This document shows positions 1 through 16,410 of a stretch of 64,000 bases of DNA, one piece after another. The number at the start of each line of letters is the position of its first letter. Within the stretch, counting starts at the first letter, position 1. Made by a program: the position numbers and the translations under genes. The notes under the pieces are model-generated. The model had not been told where the DNA came from. It was given only the letters and a program-made list of their open reading frames with translations, and made no database searches. Source of the DNA: the human T2T-CHM13v2.0 reference genome, Homo sapiens; NCBI RefSeq assembly GCF_009914755.1, contig NC_060944.1. The stretch is one strand, 5' to 3'.

Positions 1-202
1 CAGAGTCTAATGGGGCCATGGGGCCTAACTTTCCCAGCCACCCCATTCTTCTGACAGCAGATTCCCACTAGCTGGGCCTTGCTCCAAGTCTGCACTGCAG
101 CAGGGCCTGGTTTTGTGACCATCCATGGCCATGACCATCCAGGTGCTGACCATGGGGAATCCAGACACTCACCCTAACCCCCTTCTATCTGCCAACCCCT
201 AG

Positions 203-307
203 CTGCGGCGGAGCCCCATCAAGAAAGTCCGGAAGTCTCTGGCTCTTGACATTGTGGATGAGGATGTGAAGCTGATGATGTCCACACTGCCCAAGTCTCT
301 ATCCTTG
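203..307 (+). CDS. MYBL2: MYBL2 (B-MYB) internal coding exon (third from last)
   Basis: ccctAG|CTG at 201-203 and TTG|GTaagg at 307-308; 105 nt, phase 0, encodes LRRSPIKKVRKSLALDIVDEDVKLMMSTLPKSLSL, recognised B-MYB sequence (basic NLS-like stretch, SP CDK site). Confidence 0.97.
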
Positions 308-582
308 GTAAGGCTTCTGCTCCTTGGAACTGTTGAGTTTTGGAGAGGACCCTCAAGGTGGAGTTAGTGTAGTGACTCTCCAACTGGGCTTCTGGAACCC
401 TGGGCTCTGCAGGGAGGGGCTATCAGGGAGGGTGGGTCCGGGCACCCACTCATGGCTTCAGTCAGCAGCTCTGCTTGTCTCTCACAGAAGGTTTTGTTTG
501 GCAGAGTTGCGCGGCTAGGACATGTTTTAAAAACATGCATCTGGGTCTCCTGCGCTCTCCCAGAGAGGGTCAGTGATGTGTC

Positions 583-887
<305 letters not shown>

Positions 888-1796
888 TAGTAATGTGTCT
901 TAAGGTATAGCCAGGCACTTGGGCACATTAGTCCTGGGATGGGTGCTATACAGCCCCCAGGCCAGTGGACTTGCTGTGCCGGGTGCTACAGTGAGGTCGA
1001 CCTCAGAAAGGGGGTTGTTGCCTGTGCAGAGCCTGGGTCCCCAGAAGCCAGGGTGTGCTGCTGATCCCTCTCTGCTCACAATGGGGTGAGTTGGCTTGCC
1101 CTGGCTCAGAGTGGGGAGGCGGTGAGAGGCATGGCGGCGTCATGAACAAAGGTTAAGGGTTGCCTGATCTTCCAAGTAGACTGCTGCCCTCACGGTCCTT
1201 GCAGAGAAACCTTGTCCTGGCTAGGGGTCTCTGACAGGCTGGGGACCTGCAGCCAGGTTACTGCAAAGAAAAAAACATCACCGCAGGGAGTGAAGAGCAC
1301 AGATTGAGTCAGGTGGGCCTGGGTTTGAGTTATGACACCATCACTGCTCTCTGGGATCTTTCAGGTTCCCTGAGCCCCAGTTAAAAGCCTATAAAAGGGG
1401 TGCCAAGCCTAAGTCAGGAGGGCACAGTGCCAAGCAGAGCAGAGAGACTGGAAGGGCGTGGGAGGGGCTTTGTGCAACTCCGCTGTGCTTGGGGTTGAAG
1501 CTGCGTCTTTATGATGCTTGTGGATGTTTCTGGTCCCAGGAAAACTAGGAACAGCCTTGGCTCCTCCTGAGGCTTTATGTGACAAAGCCAACGTTATTGA
1601 GTATGTTATTACTGGATAATGCTCAGTGATACTCCACATTTATTGATTATGTTATTATGGCCTGGGGGCTGCACGGCACCCATCCCAGGGCTGATGTGCC
1701 CCCACGTACTTGACTGTGCCTCCAGACACACCACTGAATCAGGCTCTGAAACGCACACACGTTTCTTTACTTGATTACTTGATTTTTTTTTTTTAA

Positions 1797-2129
<333 letters not shown>

Positions 2130-2334
2130 CTTTGCTTAATCTTTTAAGTATAAAGTAAGCTTAAGCTCATGTAAACTCCCTATCTGAAAGCAGAAACTGA
2201 GGCTTGGAAAAGTGTGTATCCTCTTTCAGGTCTCAGCAGCCAGGTGGTGGTGCTGGGGTGGGATTGCGGGTTTTTTTCTTCCCTCTCACAGCTTCTCGCA
2301 AAATGGTGACTCCTTGACTTGGTTTTGGTTTCAG

Positions 2335-2484
2335 CCGACAACTGCCCCTTCAAACTCTTCCAGCCTCACCCTGTCAGGTATCAAAGAAGACAACAGCTTG
2401 CTCAACCAGGGCTTCTTGCAGGCCAAGCCCGAGAAGGCAGCAGTGGCCCAGAAGCCCCGAAGCCACTTCACGACACCTGCCCCT
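2335..2484 (+). CDS. MYBL2: MYBL2 penultimate coding exon
   Basis: tttcAG|CCG acceptor and CCT|GTgagt donor; 150 nt encoding PTTAPSNSSSLTLSGIKEDNSLLNQGFLQAKPEKAAVAQKPRSHFTTPAP, in frame with both neighbours. Confidence 0.97.
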
Positions 2485-2485
2485 G

Positions 2486-2595
2486 TGAGTGCTGTGGCCA
2501 TCTCTGGGGGTCCTGCAGTGCCCGCCTTCTTAGCTCAGGGCTGAGTGCTGGCCATCCCTGGGGGTCCTGCAGTGCCCGCCTTCTTAGCTCAGGGC
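2486..2595 (+). repeat. Two-copy ~55-bp tandem duplication at the start of the last MYBL2 intron
   Basis: 2486-2541 and 2542-2595 differ only by a 2-bp indel and one substitution. Confidence 0.93.
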
Positions 2596-3159
2596 CTTTG
2601 CATAGGCTGTTCCTCTGCCTGGGTGCTTTTCCTGCTACTTCCCGTGGCTGCATTTGCTTAACTTACTCTTCTGATTTCAGTCTCAATGCTGCTTCCTTAG
2701 GGGTAAGCCTTCTCTGACCCTACATTCTGTAGAGATACCCCCATTCTGCCATTCTCTCTTTTGTGGCCTGGGTTTCACTTGTAACTAAGTCATTATCCCT
2801 GTATTTGGTTTGCTTAGTACATGTCTGTCCTCAAGCAGGGGCTGGCTTCAGGCTGCTGACCCGTCTCACTGCTCCTTCTCACCCGCCTCCTGGCTGTGGC
2901 TTCTCCTCGAGGCTGGTGCTGCACGGGGCGGGCAGTGCATGGCCATGTCTCCTTGTCCAGCGTCCTACTTACAGTTGAGGAAGCCCACAGCCAGGAAGTG
3001 ACTTGTCCAGGGTCACAGGGAATGTGGAGAGAGAATAAGAAGGCTCTGGCTTCTAGGGGAGGGAGGCTTATAACTCTACCCTTCCCTGGCCAGGATCACC
3101 AGGGTCTGTTGGGAACACATAGTCCCTGCCTGGATGGTAACCCTCTTGCCTCCTCCCAG

Positions 3160-3288
3160 ATGTCCAGTGCCTGGAAGACGGTGGCCTGCGGGGGGACCAG
3201 GGACCAGCTTTTCATGCAGGAGAAAGCCCGGCAGCTCCTGGGCCGCCTGAAGCCCAGCCACACATCTCGGACCCTCATCTTGTCCTGA
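3160..3288 (+). CDS. MYBL2: MYBL2 last coding exon (C-terminal MuvB/LIN9-LIN52-binding domain)
   Basis: cctcccAG|ATG acceptor; MSSAWKTVACGGTRDQLFMQEKARQLLGRLKPSHTSRTLILS-stop is the recognised B-MYB C-terminus. Confidence 0.97.
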   Translation: MSSAWKTVACGGTRDQLFMQEKARQLLGRLKPSHTSRTLILS

Positions 3289-3690
3289 GGTGTTGAGGGT
3301 GTCACGAGCCCATTCTCATGTTTACAGGGGTTGTGGGGGCAGAGGGGGTCTGTGAATCTGAGAGTCATTCAGGTGACCTCCTGCAGGGAGCCTTCTGCCA
3401 CCAGCCCCTCCCCAGACTCTCAGGTGGAGGCAACAGGGCCATGTGCTGCCCTGTTGCCGAGCCCAGCTGTGGGCGGCTCCTGGTGCTAACAACAAAGTTC
3501 CACTTCCAGGTCTGCCTGGTTCCCTCCCCAAGGCCACAGGGAGCTCCGTCAGCTTCTCCCAAGCCCACGTCAGGCCTGGCCTCATCTCAGACCCTGCTTA
3601 GGATGGGGGATGTGGCCAGGGGTGCTCCTGTGCTCACCCTCTCTTGGTGCATTTTTTTGGAAGAATAAAATTGCCTCTCTCTTTGTGCTG
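3289..3690 (+). other. MYBL2: MYBL2 3' UTR with miR-30 (TGTTTACA 3319-3326) and miR-29 (TGGTGCTA 3481-3488) 8mer seed sites
   Basis: Lies between the stop codon and AATAAA; both 8mers are visible, and miR-29/miR-30 regulation of B-MYB is known. The 3' end is approximate. Confidence 0.88.
3664..3669 (+). terminator. MYBL2: MYBL2 polyadenylation signal AATAAA
   Basis: Canonical hexamer preceded by a U-rich tract and followed by a U/GU-rich element (ctttgtgctggtct). Confidence 0.9.
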
Positions 3691-5183
3691 GTCTGGACTC
3701 TGCCTCTCTACTGGGCCCTGCTCATGGTTCCCTGGTGACCTAGGGGCCTCTTCTGGGATATAGGGACCTGAATGCTCATCCTCAGAGGCCAGCCTTATCG
3801 GCACAGCCCAGGCCTGAGCCCTTGACCCTGTTTCCACAGAGGGGCACAATGAGATGAGAGCAATTTCTCTCGTCTCTGCACCCAGTGGGCATCTCTGCAA
3901 AGCTCTGAGTATTAATAGCCATGGGGTTGGGCGGGGGTGGGCAGAGACTGGGGGCGGAGGAGGACGATGGGTTGGTGCAGTAGGGCCTTGCCTGGCCCTT
4001 GCCTTGGGTGGCTCACCTGCCCATTAACAAGCCCCTGCCTCAAGCTGAGCGTGGCCCCCAGGTCAGACCAGTAAGCAAGGAAGAGGGGTGAAGGCAGCTG
4101 GGCAGAACCCTCTAGCCCCATTGGCCAAGGCTGAGCAGGAGGCCAGGATGGGCCAGAGCCTCTGCCCTTGTGGCCCTAAATCCCTAGGGTTGTGGCTACA
4201 GAGCACAGTGCTTGGCAGGTGGTTGGGAAGAGTCACTGGGGATTGAAGAGGGGAAGATGCCAAGTCTGAGAATGTCTAAATGAGGAATTGATGTTTTCAG
4301 CAGCAGGCTTCATGGGACAGGCACATGAACATCCCTGTGGGCAGAGGTTGAGCAGACTTGGGGCAGGTCCTCACCTGGGGCAAGAGATGCGGCCAACTCT
4401 AGAGGGATGGGGACTGAGTTAATTAGGGTGCCAGAGTTCAGATGTGTCTGGCCTCAGACACACCCCTTTCTCCCTGCTGAGCTCCCGCCTACAGTCCCCC
4501 TACTCCTGTCCATTCACATGCAGGCATGCCGTGCTTGGTCCTGGCAGTGTCCCAGTTCTTGATCTAAAGCCGAGGAGGGGCGGGGGCTCTGTGCTTCCCA
4601 CCCTGCACCCCGCACCCCGCAGCCCATGTGGCTGGGCTGCATGCACCTGCAGGTTCCATGGATGAACCACACCTAACTCACGCCCTGAGCTTTTGTGATT
4701 TGTCAGCATGGAGCCTATCCCCTCCCCAACTTCTTCCCCAAGGTCTGTCACTGGCCGCTCCCTACAGTCCTTGGTCACCCAAGGTGGATGACCTGTGCCC
4801 CACGGTGAGGATGGAGGCTGCATTACCTTGTCTCCTATAGCTCACACCAAGACTCGGTGGAACAACTTTGTCAAACTCAAATGCAGTGCGCTGCAGGCTA
4901 ATGATGAAAATTCCTGGGCCCTCTGAGTCAGGTACCTGGGGTGGAGCCTGCAAAAAGGGATTTTTAACAAACCACCAGTGGGTTATTCACATGCAGGGCG
5001 TTGACTGGCTACACTCTGAGCTGACGCCTGTGAGGCTCCAGGGGCTTGTACCCCATGCCCTCTCTTGCCTGAGGTCTTGCTCATTCCCAGGGACTGCCCT
5101 CAGGCCCTTTCCTGTCCTGGAGGGAGGAGGCTGTAAAGAACAGAGTGGCTGCAGGTAACAGCAAGCTTAACATACCATCCTCA

Positions 5184-6245
<1,062 letters not shown>

Positions 6246-6631
6246 ATGGAGCTTAAATTCTAAAAAGCAGACAGATATAAACCAACCAATTGATATAAAA
6301 TGTGCCAGAGGGAACTTTGAAGTAAAGCAGGGGGTACCGTGAGGCCAGTCATCTGCTCAGAGAAAGTGGGGAGGAGTCAGATTTGACAGCTCCTGGCCAT
6401 CATGGGGACAGGGAGAGCCCACATGGGAAGGCAGATTGGTTGCCACTCAGGAGGTGCTGGGGGCCCAGCTGCTGTTTGATCAGGAGTTTGGGGAACTTGG
6501 TCATGAGGATTGATCCAGGCCTGATGTTTCCCAGGCTAGTGTGGCAAGCAAGAAAGAGTTAGCCAGATAGCGCTGAGGGGCAGAGGGCCTGAGTTCAGGA
6601 TGGTAGTACAGGAGTGGGGGTGCTGCGGTCA

Positions 6632-6984
<353 letters not shown>

Positions 6985-7085
6985 ATGGCAGAGGGTGAAT
7001 CTGCCATTCTGGCAAGATCCAGATGATTGTCTGGCATTTGGTGACCAGCATGGCCTGGAGGTGAGAGGCTCACAGATATAGAGGC

Positions 7086-7399
7086 TGTGGTAGATTGTTC
7101 CAGCAATGGCTCCCTAGGGATCACTGCTCCCTGTAGCTATTCCCATGAGTGGGTCATGTGGTTGACTTTGCCCCTGAGGGACTCTGGGAGAATCTGCTGA
7201 AGGAGGTGAGAATTCTAGCTGTTCTGGTTGAGACTCCAGACGTGAGTAAGGCCACCCTAAACCATCCAGCCTCACCTGATCTGGCCCAGACTGGAGGAAC
7301 TGCCCATCTGATCACAAAGTCATGAGAATAATAAATCAGTATTGCTTTAAGCCCTAAGATTGAGGATGGTTTGTTACACAGCAGAAGCTGACTGATAGA
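7086..7399 (+). mobile_element. MaLR LTR (MLT1-type), diverged
   Basis: Typical MLT1 3' end: aataaat...ttgctttaagcc...ggtttgttacacagca. Confidence 0.65.
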
Positions 7400-8189
7400 G
7401 ATGCTGGCATGAGGAACTGGGACATGTGAGTACTTAAGGTGGTCCAGGATAAAGATAAAATGTCCTTCTCAGAGCAAGGCAGGGACTGGGGCAGGAGCAG
7501 TTTTGATAGGCCAGGAGTAGTTTGGGAGTCTTAATTAGCCACTTTTTCAGCAGACCCTGGTGTATCACTGAGGAAAATCAACACTGAGCCATGGGCTCAT
7601 CAGGGTTGGGGAGAAACAGGAGACCTAGGGTTCCAGGAACTTTGCGGGAAATGAATGGGGTGAAGGATTCTGGAGTTCAAAGCCACTGTGACCATACCTG
7701 TGTCTTGTTCCCCAGAGCTGAAGGCAGTGGGGAGAGATATGGCTCATGGCATCTGGCAGACTCTCCCAGGTCCTCCTGCAGTCCTGGGTAGAGCTCTTAC
7801 TTTGGATCAGACAGACTTGGGTGTAAACCCAGCTTAGCTCTTGGGAGCTGTGTGTCTCTTCAATGCACTGAGCCTTGGCTCCTTGGCTGTAAAATAGGGA
7901 GAATCCTTCAACTTCAGACTTGTTGAAGGGATTGGGAAGAATATGGCACATACTTGGTGCTCAGATAACATGGGCTCTTAGTATGTTATTACTTAGTATG
8001 TTTTTACATGTTTCTCATTTCTTTGTTACACACAATATACCCTGCAAAGGAGAAATTAGTGCCCACGTTTCAGGTGAGTGCTGGGAGGGAAGATGGTAGA
8101 CAGTGGTTGAGTCAGGACTTGAGCCCAATCCTGGACAGCAAGTCTGGCATTTTAGTATGCCCCATTCCATGCCATCCTCTGTGTCATAC

Positions 8190-9332
8190 TGTTATGGGCT
8201 CTTTGGGTTGTCACTTTTCTGGCCAGAAACATCTGTGGCTGATGGCACCTTTACCCGAGTTCTTGTCCTGTGTCCAGGAGGTACGCAGACAGGTGGAAGG
8301 TGAACATGATTAAGAGAAACTTTATTGAGTGTTACAACAGTTCACAGGAGACCCTCAGTGAGTAACTTCTGTCTGTAGGCAGATGGTCTGCAGTGTTAAC
8401 TCTCAGCGGAGAGGAGGCCCTGGAGGATGTTGCTCCTCTCTGCTACTGTTTGTCCCATTATCTCCAGTTACCAGCAGAGACAGTAGCTCCTCTCTGCAGC
8501 TGGTCATCCCTTTCTCTGTCCTCTCTCCTGCTCTGGCTGAGCCCGGGACTTTTATAGACCTCAGAGGGGGTGAAGTGCATGCTGATTGCTCTGTGGGTGG
8601 CCATGGGCAGCAGGGAGGGAGCACCACAAGTCCCCACTCCGGCCCTCAGGACTGGCAGCTGGCTCCCAGCCTTCAGGCCCTCCCTGGCCTGAAGGAGGGG
8701 CCTTACTGGGGACTCGCCCCCTTCTGCCCAGGAATCTGACTCCCGCTGCCATTCATGGCCCCTGGGGTGCAGCCCCAACCCTGCTCCCAGATTGGAGCAG
8801 GTGCCTGGAGAGGAGATAGTCCAGGCAGCGGGAGCAGACACCCCTGAGCCTGCAGGGATGGGGAGCATTCCCCGCCTGAGAATGCAGGCTGCAGAGATAC
8901 CCAGGTCCTGCACTTGGGAGGGCCGCTGCAGCTGCACCCAGGGAGCTTCCGCCCCGCCAACTTGGAAGGGGTGGGGATCCTGCTTGTCCCCAGCTCCTGC
9001 CTAGTTTGTGGAGCAGGAGGCCCAGGTCTGCAGCCGCCAGTCGGGTGGCTGCAGCTGCACCCAGACAGGCAGATCTTGCCTGCTCCCAGCCCCGCTAAGA
9101 GCACGGGAAGGCTTGGATCCACAGCTGCAGTTTGGGCAGCTGCAGCCCTGTCCAGTAGGGCAGGGTTCCTGCCTGCTCTGTGGAGCTGGAGGCCTGGGTT
9201 GGCAGCTGAGATTTGGGCAGCTGCAGCGGCCCCTGGGGAGCACCAGATCCATGGAGTGTGCAGCTCCCGCTGCGCTTCCCTGCCACAGGTGCCTCCCTGC
9301 TGCAGCCCATGTGATGGCAGCAGCCAATGACA
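8190..9332 (-). mobile_element. ERV1 solo LTR, MER52-like
   Basis: TG...CA termini flanked by 4-bp TSD atac (8186-8189 / 9333-9336); - strand AATAAA (8321-8326) and TATA-like box (~8550); GC-rich, internally repetitive body. Confidence 0.8.
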
Positions 9333-9399
9333 ATACCTGTCAGCCAGGGTAGGAGTATGGTGCCATAGAAGAAAACCGTAAGCGTTAGATAGAGGTTCA

Positions 9400-10960
<1,561 letters not shown>

Positions 10961-11639
10961 GTCATTTAGCTTTTCTGAAACTCACTTTTCATATCTGTAT
11001 ATTGGAGATAAAAATACTTGCTCCTCAGTTTTGTGGCCTGGATTTAATGGAATTATTTCAGCAAGGCACCTGACCTGAATATAGTTCCTCTCTCTTCTTC
11101 CTCTGCCAGCCAGAGCACCCTCTGCCCCAAGACACAGCTTTTCCACCGCACTCTCTTTGCCAGGAACCCTCAGCATGAACCTGCAAAGCTTGCCTGTTGC
11201 CCAGGGTTGGTGGGGCTGCCTTTCCCCACTGCCTGGTGGCCAGCTGCCTTTTGGGAGCTTGGAGGATACCTACAGAATGCTCCAGGCTGCCACTACATAG
11301 TGACAGACGTCAGCTCTATCTTGCTCTGTCTTGACAGAGCCCCTGTGGGTAGCGCTTCCACTAGGCTCACTCCCTTATGGCCCAATTCAGGGAGTTTCAG
11401 GAAGAGTAAGTTTTCCTGGTCCTGTTGGCCTATGGTTTATAGACATATATTCTCCACATCACTTTTTCCCCCTATTTCCTGTATGTCAGTTCTCTAGTTC
11501 ATGCACTTCATTAATCACTGCCATCCAGAACTTTTTATCCCCCCAAGAAGTCTTTGTTTATAATACTTCGTGTAAGCAGTTGAAGGGGCCAGCTGGGTGG
11601 CAAAGTTATGATTACTTAAAAAAAAAAAAAAAAAGCAGT

Positions 11640-11855
11640 GAGCCTAGGCAACATAGTGAGACCCCATCTCTACAAAAAAATAGAACTAGCCAGTTATGGT
11701 GGTGCACGCCTGTGGTCCCAGCTAGTTGTTAGGCTTTGACGAGAGGATTGCTTGAGCCTTAGAGGTTGAGGCTACAGTGAGCTATGATTGCGCCACTGCA
11801 CACCAGCCTGGGCGACAGAGCGAGGACTCTGTCTCAACAAAAAAACAAAAAAAAA
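11640..11855 (+). mobile_element. 5'-truncated AluJ-like
   Basis: Partial left arm, full right arm and A-rich tail. Confidence 0.85.
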
Positions 11856-12575
11856 ACTTAACAGTTAAGATTTCCTCCTGAAAAACTTTCAAAGGACTTA
11901 AGTCTTCTACCTGCTGTTTAAAAAAATATAGTTTAATTTTTGACCAGATAACATATTCATATATATTCCCATGTAAAAGATTCTAAAGAGTCAATAGTAA
12001 AGAAGGGCTCTCTCTTGTCTTCCCTGGAGGCAGACAATATCAGTTTCTAGTGAAGAGGCAAGCAAATTTTTCTATTAGGCAACAGGTTGAAAAATTTCAG
12101 GCTTTGTGGACAGATCTCCATTCTAGAGTATCCTTAAAGAGAAATTTTATGCAAAAACAAGCACATACATATTCATGTCTTCTCCCGCAACTCTCCCCAA
12201 ATGGTGGCATACTGTATAGACTGCTCTGGACTTGTTTTTGTTTTTTCTTTTCTTTTTCCTTTTTTTTTTTTGAGACAAAGTCTCGCTCTGTCACCCAGGC
12301 TGGATTGCAATGGCGTGATCTCGGCTAACTGCAGCCTCTGCTCCCGGGTTCAAGCTATTCTCCTGCCTCAGCCTCTTGAGTAGCTGGGATTACAGGTGCC
12401 CACCACACGCCCGGCTAAATTTTGTATTTTTAGTAGAGATGGGGTTTTGCCATGTTGGCCAGGCTGGCCTCGAACTCCACACCTCAGGTGATTGGCCCGC
12501 CTCCGGCTCCCAAAGTGCTGGGATTACAGGCATGAGCCACCGGGCCCGGCCTGGACTTGGTTTTTATCAGTTAAA

Positions 12576-12794
12576 CTGGGGGTTGGCAAACCATGGCCCA
12601 CCAGTCAAGTCCAGCCTGCCACCTGTGGCTGTAAGGCATTTTATTGGAACCTCTGTTCATTTGTTTACATATTATATGTGGCTGCTCTCGTGTTGCAGTG
12701 GCAGGGCCGAGTAGTTGCAACACAGACTGTGTGGCTGACAAAGGCTAAGATATTTGCCATCTGGCCTTTTACAGAAACAGTTTGCTGACCTCTG
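12576..12794 (+). mobile_element. MER58A-like hAT-Charlie DNA transposon
   Basis: TIR-like ends ggggttggcaaac ... gtttgctgacctctg; internal ttttattggaac and gagtagttgcaac. Confidence 0.8.
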
Positions 12795-13379
12795 AGCTCA
12801 ACAGTGTGTCTCAACCTTTCTATATCAGCACAGAAAGAGCTTCCTCACTTTTTTTAAGGCGGCATAATATTTTGTTGTATGGCTGCAGTATAACTTATTT
12901 TTAATCAGGCCCTTTTAATGGATATTTAGGTCATTTTTGACTTTTTTTTTTGTTGCTTAAGACAGGATCTCACTATGTTGCCCAGGCTGAACTCAAGCGA
13001 TCCTCTCGCCTCAGCTCCCAGAGTAACAGGCTACAGCTGTGATTCAACACACCTGGCTCATTTCTAACTCTTTTGCTGCTGCAAATAATGCTGCAGTGAA
13101 TAAGCTAGTACTTAGCTCATTTTCCACATGTGTGATTATATTTACAGAATGAAGCCTGGAAGTGGAATTGCTCAATCAAAGCCTGTATGCATTGATAATG
13201 TTTATAGCTATTGTCAAATTGCCCTCTGTGGAGGTTGTACCAACTGACATTCTCACCAATGTTATGAAAGTGCCCATTTTGCCCTACCTTTGCCAGCAGA
13301 GTATTTTAAGCCTTTTGATATTTATCAATCTGCCAGGTTAAAAAAAGAGGTAGCCCAGGGTAGTTTACTTTGCATGTCT

Positions 13380-13385
13380 TTTATT
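13380..13385 (-). terminator. GTSF1L: GTSF1L polyadenylation signal (AATAAA on - strand)
   Basis: tttatt on the + strand, about 63 nt past the stop codon. Confidence 0.75.
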
Positions 13386-13447
13386 CTGATGCATTGCACG
13401 TTCTTCCATGCATTGATGAGGCGTGTGCTCCTTCCTCAGCTGGCAGT

Positions 13448-14260
<813 letters not shown>

Positions 14261-14332
14261 TGCACTGCTTGGGAGGGGTGGATGGCTTTGGGAATGCTGC
14301 CATCTAAAATTGTTCATGGATGTATGTTGTGA

Positions 14333-14818
<486 letters not shown>

Positions 14819-15290
14819 TAACATGGGAAACATTTCCTATAAAACGCCCCATCTTAGGTCGACCCTGCCGTTGTCCCTCACAGAACTGGACCAAAGTCTG
14901 AATGGACGCAATTGACACATATCTCAGGGTGTTAGTGGTTTTGGTCCTCTGACATTCTATTTACATGTCTGGTGTTAGGTAGGATTTCTTCTAAAAATTG
15001 GCCTGGAGCTCCTTCCCACCCCCCACCCTGTTAAATTGTTTCTCAAGATCTGAGTGACAGTAGAGAAATACCATATTCCTGAATAGGAAGACTCAAAATC
15101 ATAAATGAATATTCTCTGTAAACTAAATTACATAAATTACATAGTCATCCTAAATTGATACATAAATATAATGCAATTCCAAATAATTTTTGTAGCTTTA
15201 TGTGCTGATATCTGATAGAGCAAGTCTCTGCTTGTTATTAGTTTTCCCCCCAAAAGCCTTGACTATCTTCAAGGATTTGTTATTCTAGAT

Positions 15291-15504
15291 CATGTGTCAA
15301 CAAACTATGGGCCCATGATTCAAATCCAGATGGCTATCTGCTTTTGTAAATAAAGTTTTATTGAAGCACAGCCACACCCATTTGTTTATATATTGTCCAT
15401 TGGCTGCTTTTGAGCTAGATTTGAGTAGTTGCAACAGAATCCAGATGACCTAGAAACCTCTAATGTTTTCTGTCTGGCCCATTATAGAAAAAGCTCACCC
15501 ATCC
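15291..15504 (+). mobile_element. Second MER58A-like element
   Basis: tttgtaaataaagttttattgaagcacagccacacccatttgtttat...gagtagttgcaacaga. Confidence 0.78.
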
Positions 15505-15586
15505 TATTCTTGGTGGTGGTTAAGGAAGCTGACTGTATTCAAATTCTACCTCCTGCCACTTACCAGCCATGTGACCTTGGGGAAGG

Positions 15587-15627
15587 TGTGTGTGTGAGTG
15601 TGTGTGTGTGTATGTGTGTGTGTGTGT
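15587..15627 (+). repeat. (TG)n microsatellite, interrupted
   Basis: Directly visible. Confidence 0.95.
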
Positions 15628-16041
15628 TTCCTGGTATTTACTAAGCTCTATTGATGGTGTCTTTTCAGGTAGGCTTTGTAGTTTTCTTTCTATTTTTTGC
15701 ACGTTAAAAAAAAATTAATCTATGATGCTTTATGGTTTTTTCTTTTTCTTTTTTTTTTGTCATTGTAAATGACACTTTTTCCATCTCTCCACATCCTAGC
15801 TATGGTGTTCAGCCTTTTTTGAGAATTGAAGTGATTGGCTTTGTCTACATTGTTACATAATTGCAACTGATCATACATGTGGGATGTCTTGTTACTATCA
15901 TATGACATGCAGACAATTTAGCAACATGACACTCACTGATGTCATAGTAAGAAATTGTAATGGGAACCCAGGTATAGACAAAAGATTAGACAAAGGATTC
16001 TAAAAAAAGGCATCTTTCATAACTACACCATTTATTCTGGG

Positions 16042-16410
16042 TGTGCCAGTCAGGATAGGCAAGGTTAGGCTGCAATAACGTACAGTGCCAAAACTTCAGT
16101 AGCTTAAAACAACGAAGGCTTATGAGTCACTTTCAAGTCTAAAGCAGGTTTCTGGGTTGGGGAGGGGTATTGGGGATCTGCTCCTTGTGGTTAATGGAGC
16201 CAGGCTGATGGAGCCTCCATAGCAACACTTGCTTCCTTCTAGAAGAAGGAAGAGGATGTGGGGAGTCATGCGCGAGCTTCCACCAGGAAATGATAAACAT
16301 CACTTCCGCTACTGTTTCATGGTTCAAAGTAAGTCCTACCTAACTTCAAAGAGCAAGGAGGTACGGTCTTTCCACATGCCCAGAAGGAGGAGAATAGGAA
16401 CTTTGGGAAG
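16042..16410 (-). mobile_element. MLT1-type MaLR LTR, old
   Basis: agtcaggataggc...gctgcaataac...tcagtagcttaaaacaac. Confidence 0.6.

Larger units (their letters stand above)
11930..13390 (-). mobile_element. L1ME-like relic interrupted by Alu (12233-12551), MER58A and an Alu monomer (12943-13057)
   Basis: Antisense L1M motifs: caaataatgctgcagtgaata, gaagtggaattgct, tattgtcaaattgccct...ggttgtaccaa, ctttgccagca. Confidence 0.72.

Noticed and set aside
2896-3159. N-terminal part of the 130-aa ORF ending in the MYBL2 C-terminus
   Set aside because: Intronic read-through frame with a non-ATG start; the true exon begins at the AG acceptor at 3160.
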